From positions 2,238,611 to 2,302,610 of the forward strand of contig NW_003314280.1 in assembly GCF_000143415.4 (NCBI RefSeq): DNA of 64,000 bases. The letters run 5' to 3'. This DNA is from Selaginella moellendorffii (Eukaryota > Plantae > Lycopodiophyta). Below the pieces are notes generated by a model that saw only the letters and a program-made list of their open reading frames with translations, had not been told where the DNA came from and did not search any database. A program made the position numbers and the translations under genes. Every line of letters begins with the position of its first letter. The first letter of the stretch is position 1. This document shows, one piece after another, positions 1-13,671 of the stretch.

Positions 1-99
1 CGGACTCGGATTCGGACTCAGACTCGGGCTCGGGCTCGGTCTCGACCTCAGCCTCGGTCTCGGTCTCGGCCTCAGCCTCGGTCTCGGTCTCGGTCCCGA

Positions 100-137
<38 letters not shown>

Positions 138-708
138 CCAGTCTCGGTCTCGACTTCGGACTCCATCTCGGACTCCATCTCGGACTCCATCTCGGACTCC
201 ATCTCGGGTCCATCTCGGGTCCATCTCGGACTCCATCTCGGACTCCATCTCGGGTCCATCTCGGACTCCATCTCGGACTCCATTTCGGGTCCATCTCGGG
301 TCCATCTCGGGTCCATCTCGGACTCCATCTCGGACTCCATTTCGGGTCCATCTCGGGTCCACCTCGGGTCCATCTCGGACTCCATCTCGGACTCCATTTC
401 GGGTCCATCTCGGGTCCACCTCGGACTCCATCTCGGACTCCATCTCGGACTCCATCTCGGACTCCATCTCGGGTCCATCTCGGACTCCACTTCGGACTCC
501 AACTCGGGTCCATCTCGGACTCCACTTCGGACTCCACTTCGGACTCCAACTCGGGTCCATCTCGGACTCCACTTCGGATTCCAACTCGGGTCCATCTCGG
601 ACTCCACTTCGGACTCCAACTCTGGTCCATCTCGGACTCCACTTCGGACTCCAACTCGGGTCCATCTCGGACTCCACTTCGGACTCCAACTCGAGTCCAT
701 CTCAGACA
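1..708. repeat. Tandem array in LTR (CTCGGH/CTCGGG 6-mers, CTCGGGTCCAT 11-mer, CTCGGACTCCAT 12-mer, 35-bp higher-order unit)
   Basis: Directly visible in the sequence. Confidence 0.95.
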
Positions 709-938
709 CTCCCACGTGTCATGTGTTGGTCCTTTTGGGTCCCTTTTTGGAGCCTCGCCTTTTGCTCGCTTCGTGCTCGTTCCTCGAGCCCTTCGTTGGG
801 AGTTCCACTCCCGCTCTTGACTTTTCAAGTCGGAGCTTTTGGTCCAAACGTGTTACGCTCGTTTGGCTCTCGCTTCGGCCACTACCATGTGGCGCCCTTC
901 CGGCTCCACTTTGGGGCCTAGGGATTTTGTGTCTCACA
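1..938 (-). repeat. 3' LTR of element 1 (partial)
   Basis: Ends ...GTGTCTCACA at 938, as does the copy ending at 6918; flanked by the PPT. Confidence 0.9.
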
Positions 939-950
939 ACTCCACCACCC
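939..950 (-). other. Polypurine tract of element 1
   Basis: GGGTGGTGGAGT immediately before the TG of the 3' LTR on the minus strand. Confidence 0.7.
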
Positions 951-3900
951 ATAGACGAAGTTCGATGTCCTCATCGAACGGTGAACCATTTTATAAAGTA
1001 ACACTTGCATGTGTTACCATTTCCATCCTTGGCGCGTAGCCAATATTTGTCAATGGTGTGACATTGAAGGCTCACCATGCCTTCTCCATATTCGTCAATG
1101 GTTGGACATTGAAGGCTCACCATGCCTTTTGCATATCCTCTAAGGAGGGTAGTCTCTTCAACTTAGAGACTGATTGGACCACATATAGTAGTTCTCTTCT
1201 TTTATTGGTTTAGTTCTCGCTAAACCTCTTAGAGACCCTTCTCTAAGTCAATCCCACTACTCCTTCTTGAGTAGTCTCAATTTCTGTCGATATAACCTTT
1301 GCACTTTGGAACTTTGAATTTTGACTTCTTGGAGTCAATTTCCTAGGTGTCTTCGACACCTTGCCTTGCACCTTTTGTGCAACTCCACTTCCCATCCTAG
1401 GAAGTTCTCTACTCGAGGGCACCATCATCCTCTCTTCTATTTTGTGCCAAAGTTCCAGTTATCATACTTTGTGCTAGGGCTGTTCATGGCCCTATCATTT
1501 GGCTACCTTACCGCTCCCTCCCTTGGAGCTTCCACTTTCGCCAAATCGGAGCATTTCGGAATCCATCCTTGGAAGTCCACTTCCTTTCCCACAAGCTGTT
1601 AGCACCGAACACATTAGTGTTCCTTGGCTAACTTTGCCATTTGGATCCCTTCCATTAAATTCCATGGCCCAAACTTGGCCACTAGTCCTTTGCTCCTATC
1701 CTTGATTGTTGCACCCCGCAACATCGGATCGCTACCTCCATTTTTGAGGTATCCTTTCGGTTCCATAGCAAAGACTCTTCTTTGCCTAGTCCGGAGGATG
1801 TTTGCCCCTAGTATGTCTCTTTAGCATCTTCTGCTATGGGCTCTATCCATGGCCCAACTTCGTGACCCTCCCATGGGTCTTTTATAGAAACTACTTTCCT
1901 CGGACTCACTATGCCATCGCACGGACATAGTTTATTTCCCTTAGGTGCTCTTCCCACTTGGTCATCACGACCAAGCCACACCATCTTAAACAGTTCAATT
2001 TCAACATTTTGAACCAGGAACTTCATTCCTTAGCCAACCAAGGACCTTGTCCTTATCTGGCCATAAGATCACCTAGTGATCTCACCTTGGCACGTTAACA
2101 GAGTTGCCAAGAGGTACTTGGTCTTCTAGACCTCCAAGTTGTTGACTATAACCCCGGGGGCATCCCCCACACTGGCGGTGCACCCAAGCTAGCCCTTACG
2201 GCCAAGGGTTCATAGCAACTGAGATTAGGTGTCCCCATCTCACTCACCACGACCTTGGTGCCACTTGCACCAAAGCGTTCAAGTTAGATATGCCGAGCTT
2301 TCACTCTAAGCAATCTAACCGTGCATCACGACTCCGAGGCATCCCTCGCTTGGCGGTGTGCCCAAACCAGTCTCCCCACTGAGAGTCCATGACCACCGAA
2401 ATATGAGTGTCCTCATATTCCAAACCATCACCACGCCCTAGTGATTTGGGACTCGAACCCAAGCACTAGAGGGTCGGGACTCAAACCCAACCTCCGTATA
2501 TGCATCTACGGACGGCATCACACAAGATGCCTGGCGTGACTCCCCACGCCGGTGCACCAACCTATTTTTAAAGCGCGCTACAGATCACAGCTTAGGAACC
2601 TAGTTCCTCCACATTGCCAAGTCCTCTCACTTGACATGTCTGTGATCATGCATGGACTCCTCCATGCTCGGCCCTATGGCCCACCCTTTTTGAAGTTATC
2701 ACCTTCAACTAGGGTATTTTTTCCCCCGACGTGCCAATCTCGCTTGGCAAGTCCTCCGACCACTGTAACATGGTTCCTGCATAAGCGTGAAAGTCCTTGA
2801 CCATCGACTTTCGTTCAAAGCCCTCTCCTTGAACACTCGGGAACTACTTCCCTAACCTTGATAGCCTTGCCTCATGGCAAGCTTCAAGACCACACTTCTG
2901 CTGCGCCACTCTGATTTCGCGTGTTCCATGAACCATTTACACTTGGCCTTTCTAAGTACTAAGCTACCTAGAATCGTCTTTGGGAACCTTGAAGGAACTC
3001 TGTCCCTCAGCTTGCTAAGGCCTCCCTTTTTGCAAGCCTTCCAAATGCCACATAGTCTAACATGGACAATTCCATATTTTAGACTCTCCATGGCATCACG
3101 GTTGCTAGCGGCAACACCCTCGAGCCCCCACTTGATTCTCCACTCCCAGCTGGCATAACCAACCTTGGTTATGCCCTTTGATTCCTACGGTTCGGTTCTA
3201 TCCCCTTACTTCTTGCTTTTTGGCTTCACACCTTTCCTTTGGTCATTCTCCTCCAGACCAGGAGGATAGCTTTGCACTTTCTATCATGCTTTAGCAAGTA
3301 TTCTTAGGGATGAACCTACCCAATAGCCTAAGGAGTGGTTCCTCAATCCGGGTATGCCCACCTTATAATCCCACGCACTGGGATTACATTGTTACTTATG
3401 GGCCTTTACCTGCCCATCACTAGCCTTGCCAAAATTCCATTTTTGGCTTTGTCCAACTCGGGTAAACAGTCCTATCCTGTCTCCGCAACCTTGGACATTT
3501 GGATAGCACCTTCTATCCATCATTCGCTAGGGACTTAGTCCCTTGGGCTTTATCCATTGCCCTCGCGACATCAAACACCACCTTCTGGTGTTCTAGAGTG
3601 TTCGGGTGTCCCAATGATGGCTTTCTTGACAATGAGTATTTCCTTTTATGACATTGACTTACTATATCGCAACACAAGCAACTTATCCCCCGTAAGGGTA
3701 TATCCAACTTCCCTATGCTATTAAGAAGTCTTGGGTAGCTACCTTCTACCCGTTTAACCAGTTATTTTGCACCTCTTGCTTAGTTGCCTCATAGTTGTCA
3801 AGTCCTACAACTCATTGCTTGGTGCTTTCACACCTCCATCATTATTTGGGTCACCACACTCCAACTGCATGCTCTGCAGCTTAGGCTATGCTATTCCCAT

Positions 3901-5022
3901 TTCCATTGGGATTCCTTTGGCAAGGGGTTCTCATGAACCCACCAACATAGCCTCAAGGTATCACACCTTGGCACATTTGGTGTCTCCACACCATCGGCTC
4001 CACGAGCCTACCTCTATGACATTTCCCCTTCGTGTCTAAGTCTTTGCCAAGACCCACACCGCTCTTTCTCATGCCAACCATCCGTTAGCACTGCACCATA
4101 GAGGTCACACACAACTTTATGTCAAAGTTGTTTTCTTCTGGGAACACCTTTCCCATAACTTTAGCATGGCACATTTTGCCATCGATGAGATACCCTCTGT
4201 TCTCATCCTTGGATCCTATTATCTCCCCCCATCCTTTGTGGGGTACAACACACCTCAGTCCAAATGCTTCCATCAGTCCTTTTAGGACCATCCGTTGACT
4301 CTACTTGAGTCATCCAGCAGTTTTGGACTTGGTTAATCCACAGACCTGTAAGGTCCTACTTGTGAGGCATTAGCTCACTGGAATACATTTCTTGCATTCC
4401 TGTCCTACTCAAAAGGACTATTTTCACAAGTGTTACTCCGACACTTGATTTTGTTCTTTGGGGGCAACCTTTGCCCCTTAGGACTACTTGTCCATGTGAT
4501 GAGAACACCAACTCATCCACTTAATACACCCCCAACTCCTTGGGTTGTTCCAGCATTTATTAGAGGTAGCCCCGGCTACCTTTTCAAGGACTTGAGTCCT
4601 CTTCCGTATTTGACCTCCCACGGTCATTACTTCTGGTCTCACATTCATGAGCACCAACCTCAACTATATGAGGAAAATCTTGTGACTCCTTTATTGTTTT
4701 GGAGTCTTTATCTTTCCCGTGATCCCAACTGTAGTTGTTTACCACAACTACATTAGCCAGTTTGCTAAGTCAAACGCTCATCTGGATCACATCCTCAACT
4801 CTTTGAGGAAAACCATATACTGTTCCCAAGATCCCAAAGTCGTTCCCTTACTGGACCCTTTTCTATCCACCACATCGCGCCCAAGTTCATGCATGAACTC
4901 GAGTGGAGAGCCATGTCCTCTCGACGAGCTACTCCTCAAGGATAGGCCCATTCCTAGGACTTTCCGATGCCAATATCAATGGTGATATACTTGAGCACCA
5001 ATAAAAGTCGGACTAAGGAACA

Positions 5023-5034
5023 GCTCCGATACCA
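5023..5034 (-). other. Primer-binding site (tRNA-iMet) of element 1
   Basis: TGGTATCGGAGC, 3 nt after the LTR end; one mismatch to the canonical TGGTATCAGAGC. Confidence 0.85.
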
Positions 5035-5037
5035 AAT

Positions 5038-6145
5038 TGTAAGCGACTAAATTTTCCATTCTACTTTAATCACTTAACCACACCTCTGACCACTTGGAGG
5101 AGTCTCATTCACAACCTCCATAAGTCCAATCCAGGACTTGGGACTTGCTAGCCCTGAGAATGGCATCCATGCCACTCAACATTTGCAATTGGTCCAAGTG
5201 CTCCACGTGTCCGATCCCATGACCGACACTCAAAGGTACCACCGACATAGCAGCCCGTTACGCTAAGGCCATGCCCAATCACCTTTGCCACACTGGTAGT
5301 CCAATACCACTTGCATCACCGTCTTGGCTCTCCAAGACTAGGCAAACCATCCGTGAGTGGTCATCTCAGATCCACTCCTTAGCATCCTTAGGATGCCCCC
5401 CGACAAGGGGAATAGCCTTCCCCAATATCCCTCTGTCAGTCCCCACTAAGTCCCTTTCTGCCCCTGGCCGTGTTTGCCAACACTGCCACTGGATCGAGAC
5501 CCACAGGCCTGACCACTAAGTCCCACGGTCCTCTGGGACTTCCTCACCACACAATTGTGTCCTTGGTCACTACCCCAGAGGACTGCTCCTCTTCCTTTCC
5601 ACAGTCTGGGCCTTTGGGACAACATTTCGGAACACCGTGGCCTTACGCGAGCCACCTGGGTACTCTCCTCGCCTTCTGCCCTTGGGTGCTCTAGCCATGG
5701 GCTTAGAGCGGGTTCCGTTGAGCCACACCAGGTATCCAAGTAGGTAGTGCCATCCACACTTGGACTGGGAGCATCGGCCAGTCGATCTCCCGGGGGAACT
5801 AGAGCCGGCTCTTGAACACTTCACCAAGCTACCCCGCTTGTCGGTCTGTGTTCACTCTAGTCTTGGACTTCCTAGTGGGCAGCTCATCACCCAACACTGG
5901 GTCCGGCCTTCCTGGGCCAAACTGGCCTTTCCTGGCCAAACTGGCTCCACTGCAGTCCTCCCCCTACTATACTTTTGGAGCTCACCAAACCCCCCAGGGT
6001 CTGGGAGACGAACGCTTTGGGCTTTCACCCTCTCAGGCTCCGGACTCGGACTCGGACTCGGACTCGGACTCGGACTCGGATTCGGACTCAGACTCGGGCT
6101 CGGGCTCGGTCTCGGCCTCGGCCTCGGTCTCGGTCTCGGTCCCGA

Positions 6146-6177
<32 letters not shown>

Positions 6178-6918
6178 CCGGTCTCGGTCTCGACTTCGGA
6201 CTCCATCTCGGACTCCATCTTGGACTCCATCTTGGGTCCATCTCGGGTCCATCTCGGGTCCATCTCGGACTCCATCTCGGACTCCATCTCGGGTCCATCT
6301 CGGACTCCATCTCGGACTCCATTTCAGGTCCATCTCGGGTCCATCTCGGGTCCATCTCGGACTCCATCTCGGACTCCATTTCGGGTCCATCTCGGGTCCA
6401 CCTCGGGTCCATCTCGGACTCCATCTCGGACTCCATTTCGGGTCCATCTCGGGTCCACCTCGGACTCCATCTCGGACTCCATCTCGGACTCCATCTCGGG
6501 TCCATCTCGGACTCCACTTCGGACTCCAACTCGGGTCCATCTCGGACTCCACTTCGGACTCCAACTCGGGTCCATCTCGGACTCCACTTCGGACTCCAAC
6601 TCGGGTCCATCTCGGACTCCACTTCGGACTCCAACTCGGGTCCATCTCGGACTCCACTTCGGACTCCAACTTGAGTCCATCTCGGACACTCCCACGTGTC
6701 ATGTGTTGGTCCTTTTGGGTCCCTTTTTGGAGCCTCGCCTTTTGCTCGCTTCGTGCTCGTTCCTCGAGCCCTTCGTTGGGAGTTCCACTCCCGCTCTTGA
6801 CTTTTCAAGTCGGAGCTTTTTGTCCAAACGTGTTACGCTCGTTTGGCTCTCGCTTCGGCCACTACCATGTGGCGCCCTTCCGGCTCCACTTTGGGGCCTA
6901 GGGATTTTGTGTCTCACA
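5038..6918 (-). repeat. 5' LTR of element 1 (1881 bp)
   Basis: TG...CA termini (TGTAAG...CTCACA), adjacent PBS, matches 1-938. Confidence 0.9.
6040..6688. repeat. Tandem array in 5' LTR
   Basis: Same repeat units as 1-708 with different copy number. Confidence 0.95.
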
Positions 6919-9900
6919 GTGTCCATGCCACGTGTCCATAGGAACCCGAGGTTCAGGGCCTTGAGCCACTGAACGAAGGAACGGTGCCAAACTCCCATGT
7001 GTGACGCCAAGGAGTGATGGAACCGGACCACGGAGCAACTCACGAGCATATAGCCCAAGGAGCGAAGGGACAGGAGCCCGGAGCGACTTGGAACAGTCCT
7101 AGAGCAACCAGCATCCCAATGCCAGAACCAGCATGCAAAACGGAGCTAAACGGAGTTTGGCGCTATTTCGGCATACCGGTGGCCTAACGTGAGGATATGG
7201 GTACTCCACCAGCTAGCATGGAATGGAACTTGGGCTTAGACCCAAGCCGGACACAGAACAAGGACAGACACGCAAGCGGAAGCTAGACTATGCCTCAGGT
7301 TGGTCAGCCATGCCCGACCTACCCACTATCCCTACTATACATTTGGAACCCCCCATAGCCCCCCCCCCCCTTGAGGAACACACGCTTTGGGCTTTCACCC
7401 CAAGCCTCCCTTAGTACCAGGAGTTAGTCTCTGGGACAAGCTCAAAATTTACTAAATATGGAATGTCCTTAAATTGTGAATTTGGACACGGGACGAACAC
7501 CATTGTGTTCAGGCCAATCTCTACATCTGTAGATATGCCAAATGAGCAAATCTGGACACTTTCCATAAATAGCATTTGGGACCGAAATAAGACCAACACA
7601 AAGGGCATGATAGCGAGGGTGTTTGGCAGACACGGTAAACTATCATCTAGCGATATTGAGGGACCAAGCTCAATATCGCGGGGGTTCCCAACACTAGCAA
7701 GTGCAAGCCAACATCATGAGTTTCTCATCACTGTGTCAAGTCTGCTTGACTAAAATGACAACTTAGGATTTCCTTCCTTAGTGCCCTTCCGGTCTAAGTG
7801 CACATGTGATGACCAGTTTCTTAACTAGCTTAGGCGGAGACTAATAACAGGTCCAGCAATACTGACCTCCTGCCATCGTGGCAGTAAGGTAAGAGTGTCC
7901 GTAAGGACTGGCCGACAAGTAACTTTCGATACCCGAAGTCACATTCGCGACACTCTCCCCCCCTAGGGAAGATTGACGTCCTCGTCGATGCATACTCGAG
8001 TCTAGAATACCGCCAAGGAAACAACTCCAAAAAAAAAGTTCACGATACTCACACTATGTGAGAAATGCACCAACTTAAATGAGTTAAAGGGGCAACCTCT
8101 TTGTCTAACGCGGATGCGCTACCAGCTCAGACACCTTCCAGCCGTCGCCAACATGGAAATGACCAACGGAGTCAGCCACCCTTGCTGCTCTGGGAGTCAC
8201 CCAACTTACAAAAGTGTGATATGCCCCTGCCCACAAGAACATAGAGAGAGAAGCCAGAGGCCCCAATCCTCCTAAGCAAAGAAACCAAACCCGTCGGTAA
8301 GGTTTAGATAGACTACTGTAAACAGGCAGTTAGAGTTGTTTACACGGTCACGCCCTTGTAACGGAATAAGGAACATCGACAAAGAGGCGGGTTATGTGAC
8401 CAGTCGACAGTAGCTACCCCATGACTAGAGATTTCAACATGCACACGAAGTGCCGAAGCCAGTCTGCCTATACTGGCCCAAACTTAGAGATCAATGGATG
8501 GACAATATCAAAGTCAGAGACAATGATATCTAAGAAGCTTAATTACTAGTGACTATATCTTAGAGTAGAACACAAAAGTATTCTAAGCAAGTTATCATCC
8601 GATAAACCAGTAGTATTGTAGATAGGAACCACCAAGATCAGCATAATTGGTAAATATAGGATTCACCATCCAACAAAATTCAATAGCCAATTGATCATCA
8701 AAGAAACTCAATGATGAAACTTAACTACCGACAATGGCAGATAGTATGCCAACCACTCACAAAACGCAACTCAAAGAACACAAAGTATCATTGACTAACA
8801 AGCACAATGCTCACGAATGTATCACTCGAAGGAAATAACATCCTAATCTATGAGAATTAACTCGAGCAATAATCAACAGAAGAGAATGAATGTGGTAAGA
8901 CCAACAAACACTCAATCCTGCCAACTATCACAAAAGCCAATCTGAATAGATCCCAGCCAACAATACTAAGGAACTCAAGTTGCCTAAGCAAATGTCAGCA
9001 ATATCCTACTGACGTCTCAAACCCAAGAAACCAATCCAGAGCAAACCACAAAGAACATGTGGTATTGCGAAAAGCCAAAAGCCATCAAAGAGAACAACCA
9101 ACTATTATGAAAGATCATCAATCATCCTATCAATAAAGAGATGCAAAATCACCGTTTAAGAAGGAATCCACCATTCCGAAGAATAGCAAATCATTCTAGA
9201 TCAACGATAATCAAGCAAAACCTTCGACAAAGATAATCAATTATCCTAGATGATAATCAATCATCACCAATGATTGCTAGATGCAAATACTAACTTCAAC
9301 ATCGAAGCTAAAGAGCCAAAACTGCGGACAAATGGAACAATGAGTATGAAAACTCAAAGAACCAAAAGCTCGAAGAAGCCTATAGCTAAGTCTTGCCTAA
9401 TAATGATCACAAGTCTCATAGAAGCTAACTTCAATGCTAAAGAAGAAATCATGGTGCAACCCACAATGTCTTCTTCAACACATCCATAAGCCAAACTTCA
9501 TAATACCAAAGCTAATGAAGAGCATTTCTGCATCAATCCAAAAGCTAAGCACAATGGAGCTATGCTCAACAAGTAATCACTAAATGATCCTCCATGAATT
9601 CATCTATAGCAAGACGTAACTCACTTCGGAACAAGCACAAGGGAATCATCAATGATCAATATAGTCCAATTCAAACCCAATAAGGATTCAAACTTCCCAA
9701 TGTCGATCACTAACTCTTCCGCTTGTAGAGTTAGCATAGTCCACGATTGAATCACTTTTCAAGGAAAAGCTAAAGCTCAACCCCTACTAAATAATCTTAT
9801 CTAGAACACAACTAACTTAACTTGCCACTTAGTTCATTTGAACGTCAACACAATTGCTAACTAGCAAATGCATGAATGCCAACAACACAAAGCTAAAGCC

Positions 9901-12900
9901 AAATCATCAACACTATTTTTATTAAAACTAATGAAACTCAATATCAATCCTACAGAGAGACATCTCATTTCACTTGAATCTCAATACCAACAATGTCAAC
10001 GATAGGGCATCACTTCAATGCCATCAACATCAGAACAAAACTAGAAGAAAGCAAGAGTGAATCACCACCCAAAGCTCTCAAGCAACCAAGCTAACCAAAG
10101 TCGAAGATACTTTACTTAATATCCAAGACCAATTTCTTCAGCAATACTCAGTTACAGATAACACTTCCTCAAGGAGTGAATCACCACATCCAAGACTAAA
10201 TGAAATCTAACACCACAAATTAAATGTAACCAAATGATATCGACAAAGGTAGTGTCGACATGTCAACATGGAAAAACCATGTAAGTCTAACAACACGATC
10301 CTCCGCAACATCATCCGGTAAAGCAAGCTCATCACTGCTAAATCATTATCGAGTGAAGAAAGTATCAATAGTCTTTTGACAAAGTCTACCAGTAATCACT
10401 AGTTGCAAAGCAACTAACAATCACCCTTCAACTTGCCTTCACAAGACCCGAACACTAACTCATGTCATCGAGTTACATACTTATCCAACATGAACACAAT
10501 ACCCCAGGGACGAGATAAAAGTTCATAGACAAGCACAAACTAAATGACCACTCGAATCCAACTCAACCGCAATAAGCTCACTAATGCATTTAGTCAATAG
10601 CTCTGAGCATGCCTTGAAGAGGCTAGCTATGTGATTAACACTCAGTCGAAACTAAAGTGAAGACCATGAGATGGACTCATATCGGTACACAACCTCCTCA
10701 TAGACAAAGCTATAGTACAGGTACCAACATCTTAACCCTAAACAACCAAGTTGGACATCACCATCTTCAGCCAAGGCACAGTGCTACCAAGACTAAGTCA
10801 AGATCAGTGAGAGCTCACTACTCTTATAGAGTTTAACGAAATGCAAGATGCAAACTGCCACCAAGCACAACGCTACAAAAGAAAGGCACAAAGGTCACCT
10901 TTCTTAGAAAAGCGCAACGGCCACTTTCCTACATCAACTCCAGACTCTATCCAACCCAATTGCTTTAGCCCCAAAAGTCAGCATCCCTTTCGGGCCGCAT
11001 CATACAAACTACCTACTAAGATCTAAGCCAACCAAAGTCAACTCCAACTTCTTCACTAGTTTGTATTGGCTTACGAAAACGGAATGGTTTTCGGTAAAGT
11101 GACCAATAGATCAGCTATTGGAGAAGTCTAAGAAAATTTGTGGAAAATTTCCCATCCTAGAGAAAGAATGACTCTCAGTCCAGGATTGCAAACTTTCAAG
11201 ACTCAACCAACTTCCTCCTACCTACAACTTCACATAGGTTCACCTCAACACAAATTCTCATGATCCATCAATATGCTTAAGCATCGAACATCTTTGCCCA
11301 TTTTTCCAATATCCAACACCGACATCCGTAAAGTGCTGAATGAATATCTAAAACTTGATCACGAAGACCACATCTTCGGATATCCACATTGCACTAACAC
11401 TCTTCTTCAATCACCTTCAAGATTCAATGTGAAGTCAAAACACTAACAAGAAAAATGACATGAAAAATCAAGGTCTAAGGAAAATTCCTCATCACTCAAA
11501 ATAACAATGCCACTTCCACTAACACCAGTGCTAGCAATGTCAATGCCTCAACTACACACCTTCTCCATCCAACAATCTACTCCAAGTACTAATGGATCAA
11601 CCGACAAGTCATAGCAAGTGAATGCTATAACCTTTTTTCAACACCAATGGGCAAACTCAAGGAAACAAGGTACCAACTTAAGCTTAGCACAATGGATCAC
11701 CTCTGAGAATCCAGTTAAAGCTACTACAATGCTACTACGTGCAGGTAGACTAGCTTCACCATTAACCACTTTGGGGTTGATCATCATTTACCCAAGCAAC
11801 TTCGTAAACACATTGTTCATTATCACATGGATATGATATAAATCACAATGACTTGATCATCAATTGAGTAACGCAATGAGCAATGCTTATGTCATTACTT
11901 CAAACGTTTATGTGAGTATCAAATGCCAACTCGATTCGACAAAATGCAACATAAATGCCACACTCCACCAATAGAGATTTACGACACCCAACACCACTAA
12001 CTTTTGTTCACAACACAGACAAGCTCATGCCACTCTCTTTCCGACCAATCTCAAAACTATTTCAACACCAAGCTACTCAAGGAGCAATAGCAAGGTTCCC
12101 TGGAAAAGAATTGAGCATTGCAACCCAAGCCTTCCAATAGCAAGCCTAGACAAAATGGTTTAGTGTTTCACCACTATCCATCCCATAACTCACCACTTGT
12201 AAGACTATCACTTCCAACATGCATCAAGATAAGGACTCTTGATTGCATAATGTGAACACAAGTAATGAGTTAACACCTCGTTGCAAATCATCTCTCCAAG
12301 AAGAAAAAATGATTTACGTATTTGATCCTCCGTCCCCGATGACTCTCTTTTCGGTCTCATCTTTGACCAAACCTCAAGCTTGCTTTCGCACTGCTTTTAG
12401 TTCAATCGAAGAAAAGTTTATGAGAGAGCACGGCAAAAATTACTTGAACCAATAGACTATTCCCTACAGTCTTGATTGATCCACTTATAATCATGCCTAG
12501 GAAGGATCCACTAGTGCCGTGCTAAACCGCTACGGACCAGCCTATTTGCCACTCATAGCAAACCCAGGAAAAGTTTATTTTCACCCATGGTATATGGAAC
12601 AACTCATGGAACCACCGATAGGCTAACATTAATCCTGCCAACTCAAAGTGTAACCTCGAGTTGCTAATGCGCCTCACTTACGAGCCCAAGTGCAAACTCA
12701 TGTAACGGAACAACTCAATTCACCCTATGAGCCCAAGAGCAAGCTCACATAATATGGAACAAAAAGGTAACCAAAACCTATCCCAAGGAACCAATGTGAA
12801 GTCTTTGCACCCAAATGTGTACCCACTCGGATCATTGTTTTCATCTCTGCGTATGCAACGAGACTAGTTGCCCAATCTCATTGGATAATATCGTTGAGAC

Positions 12901-13660
12901 TCATTCTCTGATACCAACTGTAACGCACTTTATCTCTCTCCCCTTAAGCCAACTAGAAAAGGGGCAATTGTTTGATGAGAGAGCCCTTAGTGGCTATTTT
13001 ATCCCCATTTATCTCCCAAAGTTCCAAGGATCCACGGTGACAGTATATCCAAATCTCATCCCATGATCACATGCACTATAGTATGGGATGGTGAGCTTGC
13101 TCACAGGTCACAGACATAGGGCATCAAGTTTGTGCTCCACAACGAGGGGGTGCTCTTTGAGTCTGGCTACCCTAGATCGTGCTGGGAGAGCACAGCGAAC
13201 TCTATAAGAGAATGCACACCATGCTCAACAGGTCTGTGGGCTCCACGCCTCTCAAGAAGTACCTCACACCAAGTAACGGATGAGTACGTGGAGCAGGAGC
13301 ACCAAGATCTTGCTCCCAGAGGGTAAATTATTCTCCAGCATATATATTCTATGATCCTGATATGGTGATCTTGTAATACGACTTTCGAGGATGGATTGAA
13401 AGCACCTGGGAGTGGTGGCAGCCGCAGTTGTTTTCTCGCTCTCCTTGCCTAGCTCGTCTCCCTCGGCGCTGGAAATCGATCGGCTGTATCTAGCCCATCA
13501 AGCAAAGGTAGGACGGGATTTAGTATCTGGTGCAAGGCTTGAAAGTGGCAGGCACGAGCCGATACTACAAGATCAAGTTTCCCAAAGGCAACTAAACCTG
13601 GTCTCCCAGTAATTCCCGATGGAATTCCTTTCAATCACGAGTTACTTCTGGTTGCAATCC
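6919..13660 (-). mobile_element. Older, heavily decayed Ty3/gypsy-like retroelement 2, interrupted in its 3' LTR by element 1
   Basis: LTR end ...CGCGACA at 7952 followed by PPT (AGGGGGGGAGAG on minus, 7953-7964). PBS TGGTATCAGAG at 12906-12916 beside an LTR starting TGTAAC at 12919. Faint RT/RNase H remnants on minus (e.g. WFFHVDMST, ~10270). Right boundary uncertain. Confidence 0.65.
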
Positions 13661-13671
13661 AAAATATGTAA

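Larger units (their letters stand above)
1..6918 (-). mobile_element. Ty3/gypsy-like LTR retroelement 1 (non-autonomous, decayed gag-pol, possible chromovirus ancestry); 3' LTR runs off the left edge
   Basis: Two near-identical LTRs (1-938 matches 6071-6918), iMet PBS at 5023-5034, PPT at 939-950. The 4.1-kb interior has no long ORF. Minus-strand remnants are gag-like (SWEQYMVFLKELR, ~4800), integrase C-terminus-like (VSKLKRL, ~1160) and chromodomain-like (YFIKW, ~990). Confidence 0.85.

Noticed and set aside
1-708. CRISPR-like array
   Set aside because: No unique spacers; contiguous tandem repeats in a eukaryotic LTR.
5038-6918. Hammerhead ribozyme (retrozyme) in the LTR
   Set aside because: No CTGANGA...GAAA core with flanking stems found by eye; a covariance-model search would settle it.
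5760-6972. Long ORFs of 200-390 aa on both strands (also 72-689) with SD/RS/GL repeats
   Set aside because: By-products of a stop-free tandem repeat in the LTR; several frames are open and none has a recognisable domain.
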